A DNA stretch of 64,000 nt from Octopus bimaculoides (Eukaryota), in the NCBI RefSeq assembly GCF_001194135.2, contig NC_068981.1, positions 20,407,580-20,471,579 of the forward strand, written 5' to 3'. A program made the position numbers and the translations under genes. The notes beneath the pieces are model-generated. The model did not search any database. It was not told the DNA's origin and saw only the letters and a program-made list of their open reading frames with translations. Shown here piece after piece: positions 41,484 through 54,825 of this stretch (position 1 is its first letter; each line of letters starts with the position of its first letter).

Positions 41484-41937
41484 CAGGTCGTCATCGACTT
41501 ACAAACCTATTGACTTTACAGCGATTGGTGTGCCAGCTCCCAGCAGCAATGATAAGCAGTCCAGTTGAAATCTAATGGGCTTAATTTCTTAGAAATTAAC
41601 CCATCTATGGGTGATGTCAGCTAACAAATGCTTCCCCTAGATTTGGTTATCAATCGCCACTGTGGTTATCCCAAGTGTTGGATGAATATCTTGTCACCAA
41701 GACATTGAGGCAGCCTCGTATTTGTTTATAAGACGACTGCTTGAGACTCTGAAATTATAGACTAATGCCAGTATGATGGTATAATAGAGAATGGTGTGTG
41801 TGACTTTTACCTGAGAATGTACCTTAAGAATGTAAAAATATAAAACAAAGCTATGTAGACATAGGCCAACTTATGACCAAATCAACTTACGACCAGTCAC
41901 TTGGAACCAATTGTGGTTGTAAATTGACGTCAACCTG
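41484..41937. mobile_element. Tigger/pogo-like MITE
   Basis: TIRs caggtcgtcatcgacttacaaac / ggttgtaaattgacgtcaacctg|TA (17/23 complementary), with subterminal aacttacgacc repeats. Confidence 0.65.
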
Positions 41938-41939
41938 TA

Positions 41940-42115
41940 TTTATCATGTTTCTTGGTGAATATAACATCTGTATGGCTTCCATATTTGCTTGGGTGGTAA
42001 GTGATCAGTTGGTTGGCTGGTTTTCTGAAGACAGTGTTGAAAATGGCCAAGACATTTGCATCAGCTTCAAGAGTATTGACAACTCTTCGTTTCTTGTACC
42101 ACATTGATAGCTTCC
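41940..42115 (-). mobile_element. Decayed RTE endonuclease fragment
   Basis: LAIFNTVFRKPANQLITYHPSKYGSHTDVIF aligns by eye with LMVCNTNFRKPASHLVTYRSGRYSSQINYIL at 1-388. Confidence 0.7.
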
Positions 42116-43056
42116 ATGTACATCAGAGTAACTATTTTGGTGTTGCAAAAGATGTCTGCAAAAGACCCCAGGCATGATATCAAGGTTATTGTTGAGCTAA
42201 TAAGGAAGTCTCTGTGTGGTCACTCTACCTGCAAGAAATGGCAGCCATATTTGCTCTAACTGCACCCTATAATCTTTAAAAAAAGAACACATTGAACAAT
42301 GTAGTTCTAAATATACATGATGATGGCTGGAACACTTTTGTTCATATTTACTTAATCAGAACTAACTTGGAATTAAACAAGAACAGCAACAAGACTGCTG
42401 TCACTTGATATCATGGTAATTGGCAAGGTCTCATAGAAATGGTTCTTTTGCTCATCTATCTGTTTTGACTGTGACACATAAGAAGAGTTCAACATCACTT
42501 TCATGCTTACTTTTACTAGTGACAGCTTTATTCTTCCTTCATTTAGTCTGACTACTTCAATTATACTGCCCAGCGATTTTCTTCAGTAACAATACACCTA
42601 CTTCACCAACTCTAAGCAGGAACCTATCCAGAAGAATTTGTACCCATGTTCCTTGCCCATAAGGATTCTTTCCAGCTTACCTCTTGTAAACAACACCCAT
42701 CTATTTCACTTCATCTCTATCAACTCAACAATCTATCTAGACCTGTCTTTCATTGGGCCAGTATTGACAGTGACAACTCTAAAGTTGTGCATCTGAAAAA
42801 AAAAAGCAGAGAGATTCTACTGGCAGTGATGGATGGATTGTTTGATGTTCGTCTGCATCTAAAAGTTGGAGTTGGTGATTGTGTTGGTGAGATTGCTTGA
42901 TGATGGTTAAGGGGTACTGTCATATGATCAAGAGGTGTTTATGAATATCTGAATGTGTGTATATGAGTTTGAATAAGAGTGTCTGCATGATTGTGTATAT
43001 GTTTGAATGAGTGTATGTATGAAAATATTATACAGTATTTGTTGTATATTTTACAG

Positions 43057-43320
43057 GACTGCCCAAATTTGGAAACTGCCCAAATGGTGACACTATAACA
43101 GTGGCTCTTCCTACCCAAGAGAACAGTGTCTATGTTGCTGTCACCTGGACAGCTACTGATCACTTGGACAAACGTCTGGTATTAAAATCAAATATTCCAT
43201 ATAACGAAGATGGTCTTCACTTCAAATGGCTGGGCAAATCTGAAAGACAAAAAGTTATCTTTACAGCTCTCGACCGTTGGAATCAAAAAGCTGCCTGTGA
43301 ATTTTATGTCATTGTTGAAG
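43057..43320 (+). CDS. Exon K: divergent HYR domain 1
   Basis: tttacag| ... GAAG|gtaaga, phase 1-1. GLPKFGNCPNGDTITVALPTQENSVYVAVTWTATDHLDKRLVLKSNIPYNEDGLHFKWLGKSERQKVIFTALDRWNQKAACEFYVIVE follows PxFxxCP...W..ATD...FTAxD..N..A.C.F.V.V. Confidence 0.9.
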
Positions 43321-43476
43321 GTAAGATCAGATACTGTTTTGTTATATTGATACTAATTCTAAGTCAGCCCTGATCAAGCAGACCTATAAATTAAGACATT
43401 CCAGCAGTTGTTATCATTCTCATTGTTGTGATGTAACTCCAATTTGTCGTTTTTAGTCATACCTACAACTCCCTTC

Positions 43477-43507
<31 letters not shown>

Positions 43508-43715
43508 TTAATGTCCGCTTTACATGCTGGCATGGGTTGGATGGTTTGACTGAGGACTGGCAAGCCAGAAGGCTGTACCAGGCTCCAATCTGATCTGACG
43601 AAGCTTCTACAGCTGGATGCCCTTCCTAATGCCAACCACTCCGAGAGTGTAGTGGGTGCTTTTCATGTGCCACCGGCATGAGGGCCAGTCAGGCGGTACT
43701 GGCATCAACCATGCT
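43477..43715 (-). mobile_element. (GAT)n-tailed retroelement 3' end
   Basis: Same family as 8797-9141. Confidence 0.75.
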
Positions 43716-43932
43716 TGAATTCTGTATACATACACAAAGACATTGGATAATTTCACCAAGCCTATGAATTCTAATGCATGTGTGGGGATTTCCAACAAGG
43801 CGGTGCTCCAGCATGGCCACAGTCAAATGACTGAAACAAGTAAAAGAGAGAGAGTAAAAAGAGTATGTATATTGTTTACCCTCATTTACTTCTGTTCACT
43901 AATATTTTGTCCACTTCTGTTTCATGTTTCAG

Positions 43933-44172
43933 ACAAAGAAGCCCCTCATTTTACCTATTGTCCTCACAATATTGTAATCAAGACTAATCTATTATCTGAA
44001 CGAGTGGTCTGGCCAAAGCCAATTGCCGAAGACAATACTCAACTAGAAAAAGTGGTATCCTCTCATCAAACTGGTTCAGATTTTACTTCTGGAACCACAG
44101 TTGTTAACTATACAGCAATAGACAAAACAGGAAACAATGCCACCTGTAACTTTAGTGTTACTATCATACCAG
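43933..44172 (+). CDS. Exon L: HYR domain 2
   Basis: gtttcag| ... CCAG|gtaagg, phase 1-1. DKEAPHFTYCPHNIVIKTNLLSERVVWPKPIAEDNTQLEKVVSSHQTGSDFTSGTTVVNYTAIDKTGNNATCNFSVTIIP is a canonical HYR pattern. Confidence 0.95.
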
Positions 44173-46755
44173 GTAAGGATTGATTGTTAACATATGTCTT
44201 TTACCTTCAAAGATCAGTGTTACTTGACATATTTTGGTTGTGACCTTTGGGCTGTGCTGATGGGTATAGAGTTTATAATGAGGTGTATCATATTAAAATT
44301 TCTCTGAAATATATCATTAAGCAGTGTGGTGATAAATTTGTGTGCTATAGCATGCTTCAGTTGAGAATTAAATACTGTACCTAAAAGAGACTAATATGCT
44401 CTATATATCTCATTGTACCTATCTCTCTCACTAGCTAACAAACTCAGGATTTAAATCTGTCTATTTATCTACTTTTCAGTCATTTAGCCTATCTTTCTAT
44501 TATTCTTTCTATGTTTAGATATAGTAACCTCATAATCAGTTAATACTACAGATCTGTGACATAATGTTTCTCTTCAAATATTAATAACACATTAGCCATT
44601 GACAGGATGCATTTTTCAATTCTGTGGCAGTTTTGATTTTTAAACAATCAATATTCAAAGTATATGTGTCTAAATTTCAGTAAAAATATACTAGGAATAA
44701 CAAGTTTTACAAATAGTTAAATGATATTGTCAAATAGTTTAGAAAATAATGATATCTGTCTATTTATTATATATATAGTTCTCATCGCTGCATATAGATG
44801 ATAATTGAAGTACAACTCCCAAGTATGTTTGATAAGTCTTCTAAGAAACAATAAAATGAGAAGTTGGATAAATTATTGGTACTTCAGTTTTATGTATAGC
44901 ATATGTAATATGCTACTAGTGATATCCAAGAAATAGTAATAAACAAATTACTGTACAGTTGCTGGTGCATATCTGACAAAAGATCATGTGATAAATTATG
45001 TAAAACACCCAACAGCATAATAGCCAAAATAGTTCTATATTTGGTAAAATATTTATTTATTGAAACATGTTTGCTAAGTCTGGCTCTGCTCAAGCATAAG
45101 TCGCACTGAAAATAGAGTTATAAACCCCATTTAATTCTATAGCTTCTTTTAAGCACATATCAACTAAACTTTTTGGAGTATGATATCTTTACAACTTGAT
45201 ACTGTTGAAATATTTTGTAACTACCATGATAGAGTTGTTGAATACTTTTTATGGTATTTAATACATCTATGCTATATTTAACCATCGAAAACACAAAAAT
45301 TGTTACATTCATTATCTATCAAAAAATAAATGACAAGTAAATTCAGAAAACTAAAATAATTCTTCTACCATGTAATTGCTTCGGTTTCAACATATAACCT
45401 CAGATGAAGTCATTTGCAAGACAAGTGCAGCTCAGAGATTCACAGAATAAGTAAAATTTCATTGGTTTTGTCCATTTATTTTTACATCTGTTTTCCATAG
45501 ATTAGATAAATACCTTATTGAGACATTGTCTTACAACCAGATGTTTTCCCTGTTGCTAACTCTTACTTAGTTTTCAAAGAAGTGATATCTTATTCCACTG
45601 TTTTGAAAGACACAAAAACAGTGGACAACTCAACAAGGGAAATGGCAGCAATATGACTGAGCAATTTTCAGAGAAGTGCAAATTTAAACAAATACACAGA
45701 CATACATATTTTCACATGTACACAAACATACAATAGGCTTCTATATTGTGTCTATCAACCAAATTCACCCACAAGTGTTTGGTTATCACAGAGTCATAGT
45801 AGAAGACACTTGCCCAATGTACCATGTAATAGAACTGAACAGAAAAGCACAACTCTTAATTATGCAGCCATACCTATGTTTTCATGATATTATCGGTGCT
45901 TTTGCTGGCGCAGTTGAACAGATTCAAGATNNNNNNNNNNNNNNNNNNNNNNNNNNNNNNNNNNNNNNNNNNNNNNNNNNNNNNNNNNNNNNNNNNNNNN
46001 NNNNNNNNNNNNNNNNNNNNNNNNNNNNNNACGAGAAGGGTAATGGGAATGAACAAAAAAAGAAAAAATCCAGTGATAGGGAAAAGGATGGTAAAAAATA
46101 AAACCCAAAAGTGTCACTGGTAAAAAGAAAAAACTCAAACTTGCTACCAATGACTCATAATAATAGATTTGGAGGTTTGAAAATGATTTAAGGAAATGTT
46201 GCAACTTTAAGTCTCTCTATCAATGGAAAAATAAACTTGTTTTCAATCAAATGTTGCTAACAATCAGTTTTTCAGATGGTTATCTTAATATAATTAAGGT
46301 ATTACTACCATCATTTCAGGTTTCAACAGATTATCTCTTACTTACAAACATTTCTTTCCACGTACAATAAAACTAAAGGATAAGTGAAGGATCTTGTATT
46401 TTTGAGGTGTATATAGATACATCATGGTTACATGAAATACTGAGACAAAAACTAAATATTGCTTATGTTTTAAGAATTACATCATTTACAAATTTCTGCT
46501 AATTCATGTAAATACTTTTAAGTTTTCTAAATGTTTTTTGTTTTTTTTCTCTTACTAAACATGCTTTTAAAATGAGAGTGTTTTAACTTGAAAATAATAC
46601 TCTTATACATCATTGTATCTTAANNNNNNNNNNNNNNNNNNNNNNNNNNNNNNNNNNNNNNNNNNNNNNNNNNNNNNNNNNNNNNNNNNNNNNNNNNNNN
46701 NNNNNNNNNNNNNNNNNNNNNCATTAAGTGGAAATTTTCAAATTTTGTGTATTGA

Positions 46756-47043
46756 TGTTGCCAGTACCGCCTGACTGGCCGTCATAGGATTTTCGAACGA
46801 GATCGTTGCCAGTGCCCCTGGACTGGCTCTTGTGCGGGTGGCACATAAAAGACACCATTTTAAGCATGGCCATTGCCAGTACCGCCTGACTGGCCCTCAT
46901 GCAGGTGACACGTAAAAGCACCCACTACACTCTCTGAGTGGTTGGCGTTAGGAAGGGCATCCAGCTGTAGTCCTCAGTCAAATCGTCCAACCCATGCTAG
47001 CATGGAAAGCGGACGTTAAACGATGATGATGATGATGATGATG
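46756..47043 (+). mobile_element. (GAT)n-tailed retroelement 3' end
   Basis: Same family, with repeated gccagtaccgcctgactggc modules and a (gat)n tail. Confidence 0.75.
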
Positions 47044-47320
47044 AAAGCTGTGGTGCATTTAGAATAACTTAGTAGCCCTTATTTTATATTATCTCTGAGA
47101 TTTATAATAATAACACAATCCCAGATATATTAGCACTGCTCTAAAATTAATCTTACCTGAACTTTACTGAGGGTCAGCTACTGATCAGAACAGAAGTCAT
47201 TGTTAATCTCAGTAGCTGGAAATTCTTGGTGTCAATCAAGTGATCAGTTATAGAGTATCTGTAAGAATATTTTCTTCCATCCAAAGTTTAAATCATTTCT
47301 CTTTTTCTACTTGATTACAG

Positions 47321-47524
47321 AAACCAACTGCAACTTACCTAAAATTACAAATGGTAGATTTGTTTGTGGCACAGACCCACCGCAACTGGCAATGTGTTAT
47401 ATTACCTGTGAAAATAAATTTGGTGTTAACCCTCTTGGAGTGTTCACAGAACCATTCAACTGTAAAGTTCTTGACAATATCCACAAACTAGAAGAGATCA
47501 TGAAAACACAGCAAGCATGTTTAA
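47321..47524 (+). CDS. Exon M: sushi/CCP-like domain
   Basis: attacag| ... TTAA|gtaagt, phase 1-1. ETNCNLPKITNGRFVCGTDPPQLAMCYITCENKFGVNPLGVFTEPFNCKVLDNIHKLEEIMKTQQACL matches C..P...NG...C...C...C...C. Confidence 0.88.
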
Positions 47525-48041
47525 GTAAGTTGGATTCTTTGAATTTAAATGAAATATCAAATAATTCTTCTAATTCCCTAAAATTCATCAAATTATGTTT
47601 TTTTAATCATCATAATCATCAAGACTTGGGATTTGTCCCTTTAGAATTTGATTTCATCCTACAGGAATTGATAAAAATAAATACCAGTCATGAACTGGGC
47701 TCTATTCAGTCAACTGAATCTCTTTTTTATTCCCCCCTAAAAAGTGAGGTTCTCCATCTTTATTAGAAACTATTTTTGAAAGCAGTCAAGTAGAAGGAGT
47801 TGTATTTATTTGTAACCTTATATAACAAATAAGTTTAACACCAGTTGTCTGCAAGAGTTCTTGAATACTATTAACCTAGGTCTGGTACCATGAATTTGTT
47901 AAAGAATTAGAGAATAAATTCCAAAAGAAGTCTAGAATTGAGGTTTTACAGGAAACCTTGCAAAGCTTTTGTTATCGAGAAGGAGATAAAACTCTACTAA
48001 CATGTGTGAATGTACAGCTTGTAATCATTGTGAAAAACAAA

Positions 48042-48105
<64 letters not shown>

Positions 48106-48315
48106 GAGCTGGTAGAATCATTAGCATGCCAGACAAAATGCTTAGTGGCATCTCATCCATCTTCATGTTCTGAGTTCAAATTCCACGGAGGCCAACTTTA
48201 CCTTTCATCCTTTCAGGGTTGATAAAATAAGTACCAGGTGAACACTGGGGATGATGCAATCAACTTACCCCCTCCATCAGACTTGCTGGCCTTGTGCCAA
48301 AATTTGAAATCACTA

Positions 48316-48374
<59 letters not shown>

Positions 48375-49084
48375 GCTAAGGTGGTGAGCTGGCAAAATCA
48401 TTCGCACACGGGACAAAATACTTAGCAATATCTCACCTGTCGCTATGTTGTGAGTTAAAATTCTGCTGCGGTTGACTTTGCCTTTCATCCTTTCAGGGTC
48501 GATAAAATAAGTACCAATTGAATACTGGGGTTGATGTAATCAACTCATCCCCTACCTCCCCCAAGCTTGCCCTTGTAACAAAAATTTGAAATAATAATTA
48601 TTATTATTGCTATTTCATATACACACAACAGATTAAACTGTTGGAAAAGAAAAATTCTTAACATTAGGCTACAAGTAACTTTAGATGTCAAGAACCCACC
48701 TAAGTATCCAAGTTGTCCCTAATAACACTCTTTTCTGGAGTTGTACTAAAGTTCCTAATGTATCTATAACTACAGGGATACATTTTACCTGCACTTTCCA
48801 CAGTCTCTGTAACTCAATGGCTACATTCTAGTACTTTGCTATTTTATCTATGCCTCACATATTGGTTTTCTCCTCATTTGGGACTGTAAAGTCAATTACC
48901 TATCACTTTCTATTTTCTTTGTCTACTACTACTAAATCAGTCCTTCTGACTTTTATTACTCTATCCATCTGAATGTTAAAATCCTACATCTCCTATTTCT
49001 TACTTTCTAGCACTTTATTAGGTTCATGTTCATACCATTTATCAGTATAGTCAAATCCTAGCTTTTTATATAGCTCCCAGTGGA

Positions 49085-49550
49085 TCATTCTCCTAGGTCG
49101 TCATGGTTTTTCTTGTTTTCTTTTTGTGCCAGTGTGCTACATTCACTTACTATATGAGCAACACTTATCTCTTTTGATTTACATAACCTACATTGGAAAT
49201 CTGCCTGGTTTTTGTCTCTCTTGACTTTCATCCAATTAGTCCTCAATGCTTGATCTTGTGCTGTTACTAACAAAATTTTTGTTAGTAGCCTTTTCAGCAT
49301 CGTTTAATGTCCATATTCCATGCATTTTGGTTTGGCTCAGGTTTGGTCTTATTCCTGGTAGGAATTATGTGGATAGTGGGTTACTACCTGTAACCTTAGG
49401 TATCCACAAGTTTTCAGCAGTTCTTCAAGTGCTTAAAACCCTACTGATAATCTTTGCTGTCCCCATGAGACAAACTTTGGGAGCTCTACTGGGCATTCTG
49501 ATTCAATCTCTTTCAGCCATTTGTTATTATCTTGGCTTACTGTTAGCCAT
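49085..49550 (-). mobile_element. Two rearranged Dong/R4-like fragments next to a (TAA)n array
   Basis: KVCLMGTAKIISRVLST* (C-terminus) is followed by LVTAQDQALRTNW...CRLCKSKEISVAHIVSECSTLAQKE (CCHC region). Confidence 0.8.
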
Positions 49551-50416
49551 TTGTCTATTATTATTATTATTATTATTATGATTATTATTATTATCATCAT
49601 CATCATTATTATTATAAAGATAAAGATAGAAAATGGACAGAGCCATTAAATCATTGAACAGAATGCTTTGTGGTATTTGTTCCAACTCTAGCACTTTGAG
49701 TTCAAATCCTGCCAAGATCAATTTTGCCTTTTATCATTTTGGGGTCAATGGAAAAGGTACCAATCCAAGATAGTAGATTAGCAGAACTGTAAAAACACTG
49801 AACTGGATGTCTTGCAGTATTTACTTCTGCTCTTTGTATTCTGAGCTCAAACCCTGCTATGGCCTACATGAGTTATAAACTTAACCTAACACTTGGCTTA
49901 ACACCACCGCCTGACACCATAGTTGCCTTTAGAAGAATACCACTCTGTTGCAAGCATTCAAACCAAGCTTCTGGTTTGAGGAGATCTTCCACCTTCTCTC
50001 CCATTAATAGCAGAGATCTTACTTTCCCTCCTAACAAAAAACATTAAAAAATGTCTGATTTGAATTGTTGCTAAGATAATTGTTTTTCAGGTTGTTATTG
50101 TCATCACTGATAGATGTATTATTGTTTTCTGGACAGAAACATTTTAAATTCTTTTAAAAATACAGATTTCTTGTTCAAATCTAATTTGGTATTGGTTCAT
50201 GTCCAAGAATGAGACACCTGGTAACAAATAGAGGTCAAAGCAATCGAAACATAATGAGATGTAAATATTCTGAAGTTAAGATTAAAAGTCTGAAATATTA
50301 TAATTTTATGAAATGTGTTACTGTTATTCTTATTTTTTTTCAAAACCTCAGTTGTTAAATAATGTTTTAACTTGTCTGTTCTAATGTTAATTATTTCACC
50401 ATCATTAAATACACAG

Positions 50417-50669
50417 ATAACCACCATCCATTCAAAGTACAGCAAGAATTTGAAATACAGTTCCAAGGCAGATGTGAACAGGATGACTCTAGCCTACACT
50501 CAAAACTTTCATCAGCAGTTACCCAATATCTTGAGGCCCAGAACCATTGCTGGGATGTTAAATGCAACTTTAACAATATTACAGTCCTCTGTGGACCAAG
50601 AACTGATGGACACAGATATAAGCGGTCTAATTACTTCACTGTTACATGGAACATCACAATAAACAATGT
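50417..50669 (+). CDS. Exon N: Cys-containing linker with furin-type site (RYKR)
   Basis: acacag| ... ATGT|gtaagt, phase 1->2. NNHHPFKVQQEFEIQFQGRCEQDDSSLHSKLSSAVTQYLEAQNHCWDVKCNFNNITVLCGPRTDGHRYKRSNYFTVTWNITINN. This frame is missing from the ORF track, which shows an overlapping alternative frame. Confidence 0.87.
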
Positions 50670-50727
50670 GTAAGTATCAACAGTCTGTAATGATGATGAT
50701 CATCAACTGCACTATGGCTCTTTTGCA

Positions 50728-50764
<37 letters not shown>

Positions 50765-52860
50765 ACAATAGTGTTACAAAGAGAACTGGATAACTCAAGT
50801 AGTGTAAATGTTTTTATATTTACTGGAGCTTATGTTGGTGTCAATTGTTAAATTATTTCAATACTGGCAGTTCTCCATCAGTTTTTTCACTTGTCTTCTT
50901 TAGGTAGTCATCATCATCATCATCATCATTTAGCATCCACTTTTTTGTGAATTTCAGGTTTTTCAAATTATCCAAATTTGTATATTTCATTCAGATGCTA
51001 TTTGCCTGCAGGTGAATATAATGATTAAAACTTGCATTTGTAATTAAATTTGTTTGTTATCTCTTTCTTACAGCATAAGTGTTTTGTGACTCTATTTCAA
51101 ATGTGAAATTTTTCTGTAATACATAGATTGTATAGTCTTGTGTGGATGCAAATAGGGTGGAATTCATTCTTGAACTGACCATGTGATGTTGAAATTTTCA
51201 ACCCTTCAATTTAGATAAGACCATGCTATTCATTCTTTGCATTTGAAGGTAGACATATAGTTTAGGTAGTGGCTTCTGCAGTTACCTTCATACATACCTA
51301 TGCATAATTTGATTTTATTGGTGTTGTTTATTACAGAAGAATGATATACTATGGTTTTAAACAGATATTAATAGTCGAAGGGATATTACTCTTTATTTCT
51401 GTAGTTGTTTCTTTGAGATTTGAGATATATTTTCTATTTTTATTACATTGCTAATATTCATTGTGCAGCAAAACTAAATTTAGTGCATTGTTTGTTGAAT
51501 AGCTTCCTGGATTTGTGCTCAAGGAGATAGGTTGTGTATCTTTTAATATGTAAAAATGCTTAAATTATGTATGATTTAATATTCAGACTGAATGTCTGAT
51601 TGAACAAGCTCACAATGTACTTCCCATTATTTATACTATTGTTCCCCTTCTTAGGTATGAAGCCAATTTTTTTCTACTACACTATTTTAGTAGTTCATAT
51701 TTTTTACAGATTCTTTATTAGAAACAAGGTTTACTTGTATTCTAATAAGAAATCAGTATAGCTGTTGATATCCTCAAAAGGCTGATAAAAGCTGTAAAAA
51801 TTTACAATAACTGGAATACTTCAACAGTTTGTTGACACTGTTTGAAAATTACCATTTTAGCATGATGAAAGTGTTTAAGATAATAAATGCATGTATGTGT
51901 ATTGGTATACACACACACACATGCGCTACAAACACATACATAAGCTTATAAATACTTACAAACTTATATAAATATACACACACACCATCATCATCATTGT
52001 TCAATGTCTGCTTTCTATGCTGGCATAGGTTGAACGGTTTGACACAAGTTGGCCAGGAAGAAGACTGCACCAGACTTCTGTGTCTGTTTTGACAGGTTTT
52101 TGCAGTTAGGTGCCCTTCCTAACACCAACCACAAAAATCATGCGAAAACAGAGAGAATAGTAATTATCATCTATTATATTGCAGTGCTAACAATAGATTC
52201 CTGTGGTGTATAAATAAACATCTGTCATTGTAGAAAGTGGATGGTAAAAGTGTATGTACAATAAACAGAGTGAGGGAGAGATTCAAATGAACACTACTGG
52301 TACATGCAGAATTGCTGGCCTTGTGCTAAAATTTGAAATCATCATTATTACTAGTAGTTTTTCTTCTTCCTTCAATTTTATTTCCATCTCTTGTCAAGTG
52401 TCTTCCCACCACCTAGAGCAAAGAAGCTCACTGTATTCATTGATAGGCTATTAAAATAAACACACCAGATTGTTCACTTATAAAATGTTATGTAAAAACA
52501 AATATGTATACATACATGGAAGGCTATAGTTCTCACAGCAAAAATGCTCTTCTCAAAATGTGTGACGTACTAGTTGAAACAATTTCTTGCACATCTTGTA
52601 CTGATGGTCAACCAGAAATCATTCTCAAATGATTTTCAGTTCCTTGTTTGATCATTCCTATTACTCCTCAACCATTAGTATTGTAACTGACAAAATACTT
52701 CCTTTAGCTCTTTACTAGGGTCAATAAAATAAAGTTTCAGTTTAGTATTGGGGGTCAATTTAACCAACTAACTCCCTCTAAATTTCAGGCTTTGTGCCTC
52801 TATTAGAAAATAATTAATTTTTATTTATTATCACCACTGTTGTTCTTATTTCTATCATAG

Positions 52861-53048
52861 GCAACGTCTACCTAAAACTGAAATTCGTAGCATTCTGGAG
52901 GCTTTTGAACAAGAACTTGCCTATGTGGCCGAACTTTTCTCAATCAATGTACATGACCGAGAATATAAATCTGTTCCTGGAAGTGTTAAAGCATCAGCCC
53001 CTTATTGGCAGTGTAAATCTGGTGAAATGCTGCAAGATGAATACTGCA
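52861..53048 (+). CDS. Exon O: second half of linker leading into Cys repeat
   Basis: atcatag| ... TGCA|gtaagt, phase 2->1. QRLPKTEIRSILEAFEQELAYVAELFSINVHDREYKSVPGSVKASAPYWQCKSGEMLQDEYC ends in CxxGxxxxxxxC, as seen before Eph-like repeats. Confidence 0.88.
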
Positions 53049-54002
53049 GTAAGTTACTTCTTTTCTTCTATGTCTTCAACTATTGTTTCTTTTACTCTTG
53101 TTTCTATTTCACATCCTCACATATACACACACAGCCCCCAAATACCCTTTAATTGTTATGCTCTCAGACACACACACACACACACACACACACGATCATA
53201 TATGTATGCACTTTCATGCATACTTGGCTCAAGCAACATACACAACAATCAAATATATTCACAGATACTCCCTATAACCTTCACCATAAGATCTTCGTAC
53301 TATATTCATCGATGCACAACTAACACACATACACACACACTTCATGCAAGTACTTCCACACACATATACCTTAATAGCGCACTTGCTCACAGTTACTTCC
53401 TTGCTCTAGCACACATCGAACTTCTTTCCCTGCCTTCACTTCTGGTCACTCTAACCTTTCACCATTTTCAACATGACCTGACACAAATTAAAATGCATTT
53501 CTCCATTGTCGTCATTTTCCCCACATTTTTTATGCTTCTGTTTCATTTTTTGTAACTAATAATTACACTTCGTTTTCATTTTACTTTCTGTACTGTTATA
53601 TTTGTCATTATTTTTAATCACATGTACACACAGTCACACACACACACACACAGTCACACACAAACACACACACAGTCACTAGGTCACGGGTTCAATTTCT
53701 TGATGGGGCAGTGAGTCATGTTCTTGAGTAAAACACTTCATTTCACATTGGTCCAGTTCGCCTTTTGGTGGAGAATATTGGCCTGCCCACCTAGCCAGCA
53801 GGATGGTGTCATTTGAAGGCTAAAACAATGCAAAACGCATTGTGATTAGCGATGTGTAACAACATCTGATAGCCTGGTTGGTCACGTGATCACATAATAT
53901 ATATATACACACATACACACACTCATCATACACATGCATACATTCACACACTCAAACTCACATACTCACGCTAATCTCTTCTTTCATTTGTATATTTGCC
54001 AG

Positions 54003-54155
54003 TTCCTTGCCCCCCTGGTTCAATGTTGAATGTCACATCACAGAGGTGTACTTTTTGTATGGTTGGTTTCTACCAAGACAAAGAAGGCCAAACCAGCTGT
54101 AAACTCTGCCCTGATGGTGTCAGCGCAGCAGAAGGCGCTACCAGCCTTGAATATT
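54003..54155 (+). CDS. Exon P: Eph-receptor-like (GCC2/GCC3) Cys repeat
   Basis: tttgccag| ... TATT|gtaagt, phase 1-1. IPCPPGSMLNVTSQRCTFCMVGFYQDKEGQTSCKLCPDGVSAAEGATSLEY matches CxxGxYQDxEGQxxCKxCP..GATS. Confidence 0.94.
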
Positions 54156-54201
54156 GTAAGTACTTACACATTGATTTCTGTATTCACATACACAAACACA
54201 C

Positions 54202-54238
<37 letters not shown>

Positions 54239-54825
54239 GTTTCTTTCTCTCTCTCTCTCTCAATCTCAAGCTCTCTCTCTTTATAATATATAAAATGAAT
54301 GAACAAAGACAAGAAAGGACGAAGAGGGACAAGTTTTCACAATGATGTTATTAGTTTCTTGCTTTGGAAAGAAAAAGGAAAAATGTGTATACTAATGTGT
54401 ATACAAATAATTAACATAGACAGCGGTGTGCACACACACACACACACACACACAATATGTAAATAGATTGTTATCCCTCTCTTTTTCTCTCTCACTCTCT
54501 CTCTCTCCCTTTCATTTTCTCTCTCTCCTCCTTTCTCTTCCCCTTCTCTTTCTCTCTCTCTCTCCCTCCCTCTCTCACACATACACACCCTTTTTAAGTT
54601 CACTACAAGAATGGGGAAATGGGGAAAAAAACAGGTTTCATAAATTGCAGTTTTCTAAATTTCAACATCATAATCATCACTACCATCATCCCTATCATCA
54701 CCATCATCATCATCACCCCTAATCAGCACCATCATCATATCATTCCATCAGTACCATCATCAATCTTTTATTCCAATCAAGGCATTCTGTATTCTATATT
54801 CTCTCTGCATCTCTTTGTCTTTCAG

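Noticed and set aside
50372-50662. 96-aa ORF from the track overlapping exon N
   Set aside because: Wrong phase for the flanking exons and stops before the donor. The +2 frame is the one that splices in.
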